Source: an uncultured Clostridia bacterium (GTDB lineage: Bacteria; Bacillota; Clostridia; Oscillospirales; Butyricicoccaceae). From it: a stretch of 62,986 nt of DNA. A program made the translations under genes and the position numbers. The notes under the pieces were generated by a model. The model made no database searches. It worked only from the letters and a program-made list of their open reading frames with translations, and was not told the origin of the DNA. The stretch spans positions 1 to 62,986 of the forward strand of contig CAMEPU010000001.1 in the NCBI GenBank assembly GCA_945932315.1. The letters are read 5' to 3'. Positions 47,956 through 57,832 of this stretch are shown here, one piece after another. The first letter of the stretch is position 1, and every line of letters starts with the position of its first letter.

Positions 47956-48040
47956 GGAAGTACCTCCGTTTGTCCTGAGGATATCTTTCTGTCAAAATCA
48001 TATATGGCCGGGCGCGGAAAGTCAAGGGAGCGGACGCCGC

Positions 48041-48080
48041 TTGACAGCTCCGGCCGGACGCGGGTATACTGTTGTACAAG
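48041..48080 (+). promoter_or_regulatory. Promoter with downstream TTGTACAA palindrome
   Basis: ttgaca(48041)-18bp-tatact, then gttgtacaag. Confidence 0.55.
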
Positions 48081-48133
48081 TTCAATCTGTATTTCAGATC
48101 GGGAAAGCTGTGAAGGAAAGAAAGGGGATTTTT

Positions 48134-49117
48134 ATGGATCGCGCGAATACATTGCGCCGGGTCGGCGGCATGGCGCAGCTCGCCTATGTGCGCCAGGTGC
48201 GCTGCGAGGAAGGTCGTGCGGACGGCATGCGCCTCATCGAGGTGGACAACGGCCGCCTGCACTTCGAGGTCATGGCGGACAAGTGCCTGGACGTCGCGTC
48301 CCTGCGGCTCGACGGACGCAATCTGACCTTTCTGGCCAAGAACGGCCTGCAGGGAAACGCGGCCTACGAGACGAACGGCGGGGAGGCGCAGCGTTCGATC
48401 ATGGGCGGCCTGTTCTTCACCTGCGGCCCGGACAACGTCGGCCCTCCGCACCAGGACGGCGGCCGCGACCTGCCCATGCACGGGCGCTTCCGCGTCACCC
48501 CGGCCGAGCACCTGTCGTGCGACGCGCGCTGGGAGGACGGCGCGTATGTCCTGACCGTGTCGGGCGAGATGCGGGTGGCCCAGCTCTTCGGGGAGAACAT
48601 CGTCCTGCGCCGCACCATCCGCACCGAGGTGGGCAGCACGGCCCTCACCCTGACCGATGAGATCACGAATGAGGGCTTCGCCGATTTTCCGCTCGAGCTG
48701 CTCTATCACTGCAACGCGGGCTATCCGCTGCTCGACGCGGGCGCGGCGATCGTCGTCCCGTCCGAGCGGGTTGTGCCGCGCGACGCGGACGCGGCCAGGG
48801 GGCTGGAAAACTGGCACACCATGCCCGCCCCGATCGACAACGAGCCCGAGCAGGTGTTCTATCACGAGGGCCTGTCCGGAACCGCGCGCATCGGCGTGCG
48901 CAACCCGGACGGCCACGCGCTCTGGATCAATTACCGCACCGACGAGCTGCCCGTGCTGACCGAGTGGAAGTCGGCCGCGTCGGGCGATTACGTGGTCGGG
49001 CTCGAGCCCGGCAACTGCCATGTCGAGGGCGCGGCGGCCGAGCGGGCGCGCGGCACGCTCCGGATTCTGAAGCCGATGGAGGTCAAGCGGGTCACGCTGA
49101 CCTTTGAAGCCGAATAA
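48134..49117 (+). CDS. Aldose 1-epimerase-like protein (DUF4432-like)
   Basis: GGLFFTCG, PMHGR, LYHCNAGYPLL, YVVGLEP. Confidence 0.8.
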   Translation: MDRANTLRRVGGMAQLAYVRQVRCEEGRADGMRLIEVDNGRLHFEVMADKCLDVASLRLDGRNLTFLAKNGLQGNAAYETNGGEAQRSIMGGLFFTCGPDNVGPPHQDGGRDLPMHGRFRVTPAEHLSCDARWEDGAYVLTVSGEMRVAQLFGENIVLRRTIRTEVGSTALTLTDEITNEGFADFPLELLYHCNAGYPLLDAGAAIVVPSERVVPRDADAARGLENWHTMPAPIDNEPEQVFYHEGLSGTARIGVRNPDGHALWINYRTDELPVLTEWKSAASGDYVVGLEPGNCHVEGAAAERARGTLRILKPMEVKRVTLTFEAE

Positions 49118-49370
49118 GAAACACGGATCGCAGAGGATCGCGGAAATGCCCGCGGTCCTTTTGCTTTGTCCGGCGGGGCGCGCCGGAAGAATATATTTTT
49201 TGTGAAAAAGCGAAGAACCGGGGGCGCACGCCAACAGAAACAGAGGATTTTTGTGGAAGATGGATAAATTAAAACGCTTTCGGCGCAAAAGACTTGACAT
49301 TTCAGGATAGCTATAGAATAATAATATAAAAAAGTATACTTTGCTATTTTGAAACATGGGGGGACGCGCG

Positions 49371-50480
49371 ATGGCGGAGGGAAACTACCTGTATCTGAAG
49401 CTGTACAATCAGATGAAAAAGGATATTGAGAATGGGACGTATCTGCCGGGTGAGAAGCTGCCGGCCGAGGGGGATCTGTGCAAGCGGTTCGGCATAAGCG
49501 CGATCACGGTGAAGAAGGCGTTTGGCATGCTGGTCGAGGAGGGATTCGTGCGGCGCGTGCCCGGACGGGGAACCTTTGTCAGCGAGGTGCGGAAGGAGCA
49601 GCCCGTGCCCCAGCGCACCGCGCCCGCGCGCAACACCCACCTGATCGGCATGATTCTGGAGCACGTGGCGTCCCCGTTCGGTCTGGATATGCTGTACGCG
49701 ATCGACCGGCTGCTGACTGAGCGCGGCTACCGCCTGTGCGTGCGGTATTCGTATATGGACCGGAGCCGGGAGACCGAGGAGATCGACTTCCTGCTCTCGC
49801 TGGGCGTTTCCGGCCTGATCATCATGCCCTGCCACGGCGACCATTACAGCACGGCGATCCTGCGCCTGATCGTGGATGAGTTCCCGGTCGTGCTGATCGA
49901 CAAGCAGCTCGAGGGCATCCCGGTCTCCACCGTGCGGACGGACAACATCGGCGCGATCGTCTCGCTGGTCGACCACCTGCGGGAGCGCGGCTGCCGGAAC
50001 ATCGGCCTGCTCTCGATGGAGGCGCTGGGCACCTCTTCGCTGATGGAGCGCATCGAGGGCTTCCACCAGGGGCTGGAAAAGTACGGCTTGACTGCGGGAG
50101 CGAGCTGCTTTATCCGCTCGGAATACAAGGTCGACGGAACCGGCCCGACGGTCGAGGCGGTCGGACAGGTGCGGGAGTTCCTGCGCGGCGGGGGCCGGGC
50201 GCTGGACGGCCTGATCTGCACCGAATACAGCATGGTGCCCATGCTGACGCGGGCGGCCGCCGCCGAGGGCGTGACGCTGGGCGCGGACGGCCTGCGCGTC
50301 TGCTGCGTGGACGAGGATTACGAAGCGCCCGAGGGCTACCGGTTCACTCATGTGCGGCAGGATGAGCAGGCGATCGCGCGCAAAGCGGTCGAAATTCTCG
50401 AGGATCGCCTGCAGCATGGCACGTCCTCGATCGAAAACTGCCTGATCCCCGGCATTTTCCGGCAGGGCGGTACAACTTGA
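49371..50480 (+). CDS. GntR-HTH / LacI sugar-binding regulator (AraR-like)
   Basis: PGEKLPAE...ISAITVKKA...GRGTFV plus LacI-type effector domain. Confidence 0.9.
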   Translation: MAEGNYLYLKLYNQMKKDIENGTYLPGEKLPAEGDLCKRFGISAITVKKAFGMLVEEGFVRRVPGRGTFVSEVRKEQPVPQRTAPARNTHLIGMILEHVASPFGLDMLYAIDRLLTERGYRLCVRYSYMDRSRETEEIDFLLSLGVSGLIIMPCHGDHYSTAILRLIVDEFPVVLIDKQLEGIPVSTVRTDNIGAIVSLVDHLRERGCRNIGLLSMEALGTSSLMERIEGFHQGLEKYGLTAGASCFIRSEYKVDGTGPTVEAVGQVREFLRGGGRALDGLICTEYSMVPMLTRAAAAEGVTLGADGLRVCCVDEDYEAPEGYRFTHVRQDEQAIARKAVEILEDRLQHGTSSIENCLIPGIFRQGGTT

Positions 50481-50739
50481 CGTATGTACAAAATAAACAT
50501 ACTGAATATTATCGTAAAGTATATCCTGATTTGCAAAGTGCCAAAAACGGGAGAAAATTCCTTTTTCGGCGCTTGTTTTTTTGATTTCAGACCGAAAGCA
50601 GCATTTAAATCAAGTTTTACACGGATGATACACATATTTTTCCGAAAAATCATTTACAAAATATATCCGATATGTTATTATAATCTTGCAAGAGCAATCG
50701 GATATTGCGAAACTAAAAGAGAATGAGAGGTAGATCATT

Positions 50740-52194
50740 GTGAAACTGAACCGAGTATTGTCCGGTGTATTGGCAGGCACCATGCTGTTCGGCGTGCTGA
50801 CCGGCTGCGGCGGCGGCAGCTCCTCCTCGGGCGCGGCTTCGAACGCCCCGGCAAACAGCGGCGCGTCCAGCGCGCCCGCTTCCAGCGAACCCTCGGGCAC
50901 CGTCCGTATGCTGGCGAATGTCACCGGCGGCAAGGACGAGGACGAGATGAAGCTGTTCGAGCAGGCGCTGAGCGAAGCGACCGGCCTGGACATCGAGATC
51001 GAGAAGCCCGCGTCCGACTACGACAACGTCCTGATGCAGAAGCTGCAGGGCGGCGAGGAGTATGACCTCATCTACATCGGCGCGAGCCAGTACATGAACC
51101 TGGTCGATCAGGGTGCCCTGATGGACATCACCGACTGTGTCAAGGCCTCCGACATCCTGTCGAACAACATCGACCAGCAGGAGTGGGATGATATCACCAT
51201 CGACGGCAAGGTCTACGCCGGCTTCAACAAGAAGGAGCTGCACCGCGTCGTTCAGCTCAACAAGAACGATCTGGAAGCGGCCGGCATCGACTACAAGTCG
51301 ATCGAGCCCACGCTGGACGGCTACTACAAGGTATTCAAGGCGCTGCGCGACGCCAACCCCAGCACCGATTACTATCCGCTGAACGCGGTTATCTCCGAGG
51401 CGTATGACCTGCAGCCCTGGTTCGCTTCCGTCGGCCTGCAGAACGGCGTCGTTGTCGACACCGACGGCAAGACCTACGCGCCCTACTCCACCGACGAGGC
51501 CGCTCCGGTCTGGACCTGGCTCAAGAAGCTGTATGACGAGAAGCTGCTCGATCCCGCTTCCTTCGTAGACAAGACCAAGGATATGCGCGCCAAGATGGAG
51601 GCTTCCTCCAAGCAGACCAGCGTTGTCGTCGACTGGGCGATGTGGACCGGCCTGCACAATGCGCACGCGACCGCGGACGGCGTGGCTGACGCCGATTACG
51701 AGATCGTCAACCTGCCCGGCTGCAAGACCCCGGCCGGCTCCGAACGCGACTATATGCTGGTCAAGGGCGGCGCGTCCCTGTTCGCCGTACCGGCCAATGC
51801 CAAGAACGTTGACGGCGCGATCAAGGTGCTTGAGTACTTCGCAACCCAGGAGGGCGGCGAGCTGCTGAGCATCGGCATCGAGGGTCACGACTACACCAAG
51901 TCCGGCAGCACCTACACCCAGACCTCCGTCGGCGCGGATCATGCGAACGACCACGGCGCACCGGTTCCGGTCTACAAGGATTTCGTCGCACCGCTCGGCT
52001 ACAACCGCGGCGTTGAAGAGGCTCTGACCTACCTGCAGTACGCTCGCATCGACAAGATCATTCCCGACGAGTCCACCTACAAGACCACCGTCGGCAAGTG
52101 GGGCATTGAGATGATCAAGGGCAACGTTTCCATCGAGGACGGCCTGGCATCCATGCGCAACGAGCTGGTCAGCCTGGGCATCACCGAGAAATAA
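50740..52194 (+). CDS. Carbohydrate ABC transporter substrate-binding lipoprotein
   Basis: Lipobox LTGC, Ser-rich linker, KKLYDEKLLDP, GIEGHDY. Confidence 0.9.
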   Translation: MKLNRVLSGVLAGTMLFGVLTGCGGGSSSSGAASNAPANSGASSAPASSEPSGTVRMLANVTGGKDEDEMKLFEQALSEATGLDIEIEKPASDYDNVLMQKLQGGEEYDLIYIGASQYMNLVDQGALMDITDCVKASDILSNNIDQQEWDDITIDGKVYAGFNKKELHRVVQLNKNDLEAAGIDYKSIEPTLDGYYKVFKALRDANPSTDYYPLNAVISEAYDLQPWFASVGLQNGVVVDTDGKTYAPYSTDEAAPVWTWLKKLYDEKLLDPASFVDKTKDMRAKMEASSKQTSVVVDWAMWTGLHNAHATADGVADADYEIVNLPGCKTPAGSERDYMLVKGGASLFAVPANAKNVDGAIKVLEYFATQEGGELLSIGIEGHDYTKSGSTYTQTSVGADHANDHGAPVPVYKDFVAPLGYNRGVEEALTYLQYARIDKIIPDESTYKTTVGKWGIEMIKGNVSIEDGLASMRNELVSLGITEK

Positions 52195-52227
52195 ACGGGC
52201 GAAAATCGTTTCATAAGCATGTGCCAG

Positions 52228-52263
52228 AGAGCCGGAAATCGAACAAAAGATTTTCCGGCTCTC
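52228..52263 (+). other. Intercistronic stem-loop after the SBP gene (mRNA stabiliser or attenuator)
   Basis: agagccggaaa...tttccggctct followed by Ts. Confidence 0.6.
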
Positions 52264-52305
52264 TTTCTATCCTTAGGGGTGTGCAAGAGAAAGGAGACAA
52301 CAGCT

Positions 52306-53238
52306 TTGAGCAGAGTCAAGGCGCCAAAGACGCCGGGTGAGCCGGTCACCTGGAAGAAACTGAAAAAGAATCGGTTCGTTTATTTGATGCTGCTGCCGAT
52401 CGCGGCATACTTCATCGTATTTTCCTATTATCCGCTCGGCCTCGGACTGGTCAACAGCGTGCAGGACGTCAAGATCCTGGGCAACGCGACCTTCTGCGGC
52501 CTCGACAACTACATCAGCGTTCTGAAAAATCCGCAGTACAGCCAGGCCTTTCTCAACGCGCTGATCGTCGGCGTGGGCACGTTCGCGCTCCAGTTCGTCT
52601 GGGGTCTTGCGATCGCCCTGCTGCTCAATGAGGTGCGCAGCAAGGTGCTCAAGTCGGTCGTCCAGTCGGTCACCTACATCCCGTACCTGCTGTCGTGGTC
52701 GGTTGTCGGCGGCCTGTGGATGATGCTGTTCGCGCCCACCGGCATGGTCAACGGCTTCCTGCAGGCCATCTCGAGCGGAGAGTTTACGCCCATCGTCTTC
52801 ATGTCCGAACCCAAGTTTGCGCGTGCAATCATGATCTTCACCGGCGCGTGGAAGGGCGCGGGCTACTACGCCGTCCTGTTCCTCGCGGCCATCGTGGGCA
52901 TCGACCCCTCGATCTATGAGTCGGCCTCGATCGACGGCGCGTCCCGCCTCCGTCAGATCTTCCAGATCACCGTCCCCAATATCGTGCCGACCATGAAGGT
53001 GGTCACCGTTCTGGGCGCGATGGGCGTTCTGCGCAACTTCGACCAGATCTTCATCATGGGCACCTCGTCCATCCTGGACAAGGTCCGCAACCTGCTGTAT
53101 CTTATTTATACACAGGGCATCACTCAGTTCAAGGTCGGCCCGGCGACCGCGGGCGCGACGCTCGTCCTGATCGGCACGCTGATCATCTCGGCCGTCGTGC
53201 GCAAGGTCATCCGCTATGACGACACCTACGAAGATTAA
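52306..53238 (+). CDS. Carbohydrate ABC permease 1
   Basis: RBS aaggag + TTG; YESASIDGAS EAA loop. Confidence 0.92.
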   Translation: MSRVKAPKTPGEPVTWKKLKKNRFVYLMLLPIAAYFIVFSYYPLGLGLVNSVQDVKILGNATFCGLDNYISVLKNPQYSQAFLNALIVGVGTFALQFVWGLAIALLLNEVRSKVLKSVVQSVTYIPYLLSWSVVGGLWMMLFAPTGMVNGFLQAISSGEFTPIVFMSEPKFARAIMIFTGAWKGAGYYAVLFLAAIVGIDPSIYESASIDGASRLRQIFQITVPNIVPTMKVVTVLGAMGVLRNFDQIFIMGTSSILDKVRNLLYLIYTQGITQFKVGPATAGATLVLIGTLIISAVVRKVIRYDDTYED

Positions 53239-53250
53239 GGAGCAGTGAAA

Positions 53251-54120
53251 ATGCGAAAGAAAAATCCATTGGAAAACCGGATGAATCTGCCGCAGCGCGC
53301 TGTGTGCTGGCTGCTGCTCGGCTTTTTCTTCCTCATCATGTTCATCCCCATGTGGAACGTCATCGTCGTCTCGACCTCGACCGTGCTCGATTCGTCGGCT
53401 TCGGGCATCAAGCTGTGGTGGAACAGCTTCAGCACCGAGGGCTATGAGTACGTCTTCCGCGTCACCAAGCTGGCGCGCCCCTTCCTCAACTCGCTCTATG
53501 TCTCGACCGTGGCCACGGTCATTCAGGTCGTGCTGTCCGCCTTCGCGGGCTACGTCCTGATCCAGAAGGAGCTGCCGTTCAAGAAGGGCATCACCTCCTT
53601 TATCATGCTGACCATGATGATCCCGGGCGACCTGACCCTGATCTCGGTCTACCAGATGAACAAGCAGCTGCACCTGCTCAACACCTACACCGGCCTGATC
53701 GTCAACGGCCTGATCTCGGGCTTCTCGATCCTGCTGATGCGCAACTACTTCACCTCGGTGCCCTACTCGCTGGCCGAGTCCGCCCGTCTGGACGGCGCGT
53801 CCGAGCTGCGCATTTTCGGCCAGATCTACCTGCCGATCTCGAAGCCCGGCCTCGCGACCGTGTTCTTCCTCGAGTTCGTCGGCAAGTGGAACTCGATCAT
53901 GCTGCCCGCAACCCTGATCACCGATCAGGATAAGTTCACCATGCCGCTGATGCTGCGCGCGATGATCCTGAACGACGCGTCCCAGTCGGGCGCGGCGCAG
54001 ACCCCGAACAACGCAATCATGGCGACCATCGTCATCTCGACCGTCCCGCTGCTGATTATCTATGTCTTTGCACAGCGCTTCCTGCTCTCGGGCATGACGC
54101 TGGGCGCAAGCAAGGAGTGA
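53251..54120 (+). CDS. Carbohydrate ABC permease 2
   Basis: ESARLDGASE EAA loop, WNS, PLLIIYVFAQR. Confidence 0.92.
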   Translation: MRKKNPLENRMNLPQRAVCWLLLGFFFLIMFIPMWNVIVVSTSTVLDSSASGIKLWWNSFSTEGYEYVFRVTKLARPFLNSLYVSTVATVIQVVLSAFAGYVLIQKELPFKKGITSFIMLTMMIPGDLTLISVYQMNKQLHLLNTYTGLIVNGLISGFSILLMRNYFTSVPYSLAESARLDGASELRIFGQIYLPISKPGLATVFFLEFVGKWNSIMLPATLITDQDKFTMPLMLRAMILNDASQSGAAQTPNNAIMATIVISTVPLLIIYVFAQRFLLSGMTLGASKE

Positions 54121-54127
54121 TATTCAT

Positions 54128-55411
54128 ATGAAGACCTCGCAGATTACATTCCGGGAATTTATCCCCAAAAGCAAAGAGCGCACCTATTACGAATTGCCGT
54201 TCGAGGTGCCGGAAAATGTATGCCGCATCGACATCGAGTACGCTTATTCGCGCCATCGGGAGGAGCCGGGGGCGGACGGCGTGACCCTGCGGCGCGAGGT
54301 CAATATCGTGGATCTCGCCCTGCGCGACGCGCATGGCGGCTATGTGGGCGCTTCGGGCTCCGACCGCAGCCATATTTATGTTTCGGCGTGGGAGAGCGCG
54401 CAGGGCTATGCGCGCACCGACACCGATCCCGGCCAGTGGGCGGTCATCGTGGGCGCCTATAAGGTGGAGGATGCCGGCGTGGAGGTCGAATACACGGTCA
54501 CCTTCACCTACCGCGAGCGCGTACTGCTGCGGGGCGACACCCATATGCACACCCTTGGCTCGGACGGCTGCATGTCGGTTCGCGACACCGCGCTGACCGC
54601 CCGCGACCTGGGTCTGGATTACATTTTTATCACTGACCACAACAATTATGCGCACAATCTGTCCTCGCCGGACGTGGAGGGAATCACCGTTCTGCCCGGC
54701 ACCGAATGGACGCATTATGACGGCCACGCCGGCCTGCTGGGTGTCGCCCGCCCGTTCGGGAGCGCCTTCTGCGTCAACTCGAAGGAGGAGGCGTGGGCGA
54801 AGCTGGCCGAGGCGCGCGCGAACGGCGCGGTCATCGTGCTCAACCACCCGTTCTGTCCGAACTGCGGCTGGCACTTCGGCATGGACGAGGGCGGCTACGA
54901 CGTGATCGAGCTCGTCAACGGCGGCGCGGTCGCGGGCGCGAGCGAGAAATGCCTTGCGTGGTGGCATGAGCAGCTCTGCCGGGGCGCGAAGCTCCCGGTC
55001 ATCGGCGGCAGCGACTTCCACCGCCCGCGCCCGTACGGCCAGATCGGCCTGCCGACCACCGCGCTGTACGCCATGTCCCGCGCGCCGCGCGATATTCTGG
55101 CGGCCGTCCGGGGCGGCAACGGCTATCTGACGATGGACCGGGACGCGCCCACCCTCTGGGCCGAGGCCGGCGGCGCGATCCTGGGCGAGACCGCCCCGCA
55201 GGGCGCGCCGGCCGCCATCCGGTTCGACGGGCTGCGCGGCGGAGACGTCATCCGCATCCTGACCGACCGGAGCGCGGAGAAGATCACGTGCGCGCCCGAC
55301 ACCAGCCGCGTCGAGCTGACCCGGGAATTTCCGGACGCCCGGTTCGTCCGCTTCGAGCTGCTGCGGTTTGGAAAGACCTTCCTGATTTCAAACCCGATTT
55401 ATTTTTCGTGA
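54128..55411 (+). CDS. PHP-fold metallohydrolase (CehA/McbA-like)
   Basis: GDTHMHT..SDG, ITDHN, GTEWT, GHA, NHP, GGSDFH. Confidence 0.85.
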   Translation: MKTSQITFREFIPKSKERTYYELPFEVPENVCRIDIEYAYSRHREEPGADGVTLRREVNIVDLALRDAHGGYVGASGSDRSHIYVSAWESAQGYARTDTDPGQWAVIVGAYKVEDAGVEVEYTVTFTYRERVLLRGDTHMHTLGSDGCMSVRDTALTARDLGLDYIFITDHNNYAHNLSSPDVEGITVLPGTEWTHYDGHAGLLGVARPFGSAFCVNSKEEAWAKLAEARANGAVIVLNHPFCPNCGWHFGMDEGGYDVIELVNGGAVAGASEKCLAWWHEQLCRGAKLPVIGGSDFHRPRPYGQIGLPTTALYAMSRAPRDILAAVRGGNGYLTMDRDAPTLWAEAGGAILGETAPQGAPAAIRFDGLRGGDVIRILTDRSAEKITCAPDTSRVELTREFPDARFVRFELLRFGKTFLISNPIYFS

Positions 55412-55429
55412 GAATGGATGGATCGTTCA

Positions 55430-57832
55430 ATGAAGATTTTTCTGGTTTTTAAGACCCATTTTGATATCGGCTTCACCCGGCTGGCGCGCGAGGTCATCGA
55501 CCAGTACGCGGGCAGTATGCTCTCCGACGTCATCTCGACCTGCGAGGGCACGTCCGACATGGGCGACCTGCGCTACGTCTGGACGATGCCCGCCTGGCCG
55601 CTGACCGTCATGCAGGAGAACGAGGAGAAGCGCGCCGTGCTCGACCGCCTGATCCGCGAGGGTCAGATCGCGTTCCACGCGCTGCCCTTTACCTCGCACT
55701 TTGACTTCGGCAGCATGGAGGACGCCGCCGAGGGCATGAAGTACGCGATGCGTCTGGCCAAGGAGTACGGCATCCCCGCGCCCATCAGCGCCAAGATGAC
55801 CGACGTGCCCGGCCACGGCCGTGCGCTGCCCATGCTGCTCGCGAACGCGGGCATCAAGTTCCTGCATCTGGGCTGCAACCAGTTCCAGACGCCCCCCACC
55901 GTGCCCCCGATCTTCTGGTGGGAGGGCCCGGACGGCAGCCGCGTGCTGACCATGTATTCGAGAGGCGGCTACGGCTCGTCCATGCTCCCGCCCGAGGACT
56001 GGCCGTATCCGGTCTGGATGGCGCTCATGCACACCCATGACAACTCGGGCCCGCAGAGCGCGCAGATGATCCGCGACATGGTCGCCGAGGCGCACGAAGC
56101 CTGCCCGGACGCCGAGATCGTCTGCGGCACGATGGATGATTTCTACCGCGCGATCGCGGAATGCGACCTGTCGGACATCCCGATCGTCACCGGCGATCTG
56201 GCCGACAGCTGGATCCACGGCGTGGGCAGCTACCCCGTCGAGGTCGGCCAGGTGCGTCAGGCCCGCCGCGACCTGACGGCCGCCGGTGCGGCGGTCTTCG
56301 CTGCGGGCGGCGACGTCCGGAAGCTGGCGCAGGACCGCGACCGCGCGGGCGATGCGATCGCTCTGTTCGACGAGCACACCTGGGGCTTGGACACCAAGCG
56401 CTGGATGGATCAGGAGCACGTCTATGAGAAGAAGGCCTTCCTGAAGTACAAGCCTTCGGAGGAAGCCCGCCGCATGGAGGAATCCTGGGCTGAGCAGGCC
56501 GAGCGCGCGCAGGAGGCCGCCAGGACGGCTGCCGAGGCGCTGACCTGCGCGGATCAGGGCGCGGGCGCGGTGCTCAACCCGAACGGCGCGGCCTTCACCG
56601 GCTGGGCGGACGCGGACGGCGTCGACGGCGCCATCCGGCTGGCCGGACACGACCGGATCTATGTGCAGGATGTACCCGCGCTCGGCGCGGTCAAGCCCGA
56701 GCCCAAAACTTATCCCGAGCCTGTGGATCTTCTCGAAAATCACCGCTACCGCCTGACGCTCGACCGGACGCGCGGCGTCATCACCGAGCTGTTCGACAAG
56801 CAGCTCGGCCGCGCGCTCGCCCGCGAGCGGGACGGCGTCGGCGTATTTTCCTACCAGTATGACGTGTACGGCATCGACGACCTGACCGAGTACCTGCGGT
56901 CGGTCGGCTACCGCTTCTCCGACTGGGGCGTGCGCGACTACGGCCGCGATAACTACCCCGAGTGCCCGCACCGCACCTTCCGCCCGGTCTGCACCGGCAT
57001 CGAGACCGAGGGCTACACCCTGACCCTGCGCTACCGCTCGGACGCTACGCAGGCCTACGGCGACGCGCGCGAGATCGCGGTTTCGGTTGCGCTGCCGCCC
57101 GAGGGCGACGAGATTTTCGTCCGACTGACGCTCGACGGCAAGCAGGAGACCCCGTTCATCGAGTCGGGCTCGCTGGTAGTCCCGCTGGCCGCCGATGATC
57201 CGCGCTACCGCTTCAACAAGAACGGCGACCTGATCGACCCCGCGGCCGACATCGTGCCCTTTGCCAACCACGCGCTGTACTGCCTCGAGTCCTTTGCCTG
57301 CGCCGAGGACGGGGCGGGCGGTCTGGCCATTGTCACCCGCGACGCGCCCCTGTGCGCGATCGGCGAGCCCGGCATCCACAAATTCCGCCGGGATTACGAA
57401 AAACACGCTCCCATTCTGTACTTTAACCTGTATAATAATATGTGGGGAACCAATTTCCCGCAGTGGATCGGCGGCGACCTGCATTTCGACTTCACGCTGT
57501 TCGGCTATGCCGGCGCGTGCGGCGGCGAGGTGCTGATCCGCGGCCTGATGCTCGATCAGGGCGCGCGCGTCCTGCCGATCGACCCGGCCGCGTCCGGCCT
57601 GACCCTGCCCGAGGGCGTTCAGGTCATGGCCCTGCGCCCGACCGGGACCGGTTGGCTGCTCCGCCTGCGCGACACCGCGCTGACCGCGCGCACCGGCGCG
57701 CTGGCCGCACCCGGCCGGCGCATCCGCCCGGTCAACCTGCGCGGCGAAGCCGCGGGCGATCCGGCCGAAAACGAGTTCTCGTTCCCGATCGTGCCGTTTG
57801 GCATCTACAGCTTTGAACTGGAGGCATTATGA
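55430..57832 (+). CDS. GH38-like glycoside hydrolase (DUF5054-like)
   Basis: KTHFDIGF, DVPGHG, FWWEGPDGSRVL, EHTWG, NNMWGTNF; start 55418 also possible. Confidence 0.78.
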   Translation: MKIFLVFKTHFDIGFTRLAREVIDQYAGSMLSDVISTCEGTSDMGDLRYVWTMPAWPLTVMQENEEKRAVLDRLIREGQIAFHALPFTSHFDFGSMEDAAEGMKYAMRLAKEYGIPAPISAKMTDVPGHGRALPMLLANAGIKFLHLGCNQFQTPPTVPPIFWWEGPDGSRVLTMYSRGGYGSSMLPPEDWPYPVWMALMHTHDNSGPQSAQMIRDMVAEAHEACPDAEIVCGTMDDFYRAIAECDLSDIPIVTGDLADSWIHGVGSYPVEVGQVRQARRDLTAAGAAVFAAGGDVRKLAQDRDRAGDAIALFDEHTWGLDTKRWMDQEHVYEKKAFLKYKPSEEARRMEESWAEQAERAQEAARTAAEALTCADQGAGAVLNPNGAAFTGWADADGVDGAIRLAGHDRIYVQDVPALGAVKPEPKTYPEPVDLLENHRYRLTLDRTRGVITELFDKQLGRALARERDGVGVFSYQYDVYGIDDLTEYLRSVGYRFSDWGVRDYGRDNYPECPHRTFRPVCTGIETEGYTLTLRYRSDATQAYGDAREIAVSVALPPEGDEIFVRLTLDGKQETPFIESGSLVVPLAADDPRYRFNKNGDLIDPAADIVPFANHALYCLESFACAEDGAGGLAIVTRDAPLCAIGEPGIHKFRRDYEKHAPILYFNLYNNMWGTNFPQWIGGDLHFDFTLFGYAGACGGEVLIRGLMLDQGARVLPIDPAASGLTLPEGVQVMALRPTGTGWLLRLRDTALTARTGALAAPGRRIRPVNLRGEAAGDPAENEFSFPIVPFGIYSFELEAL

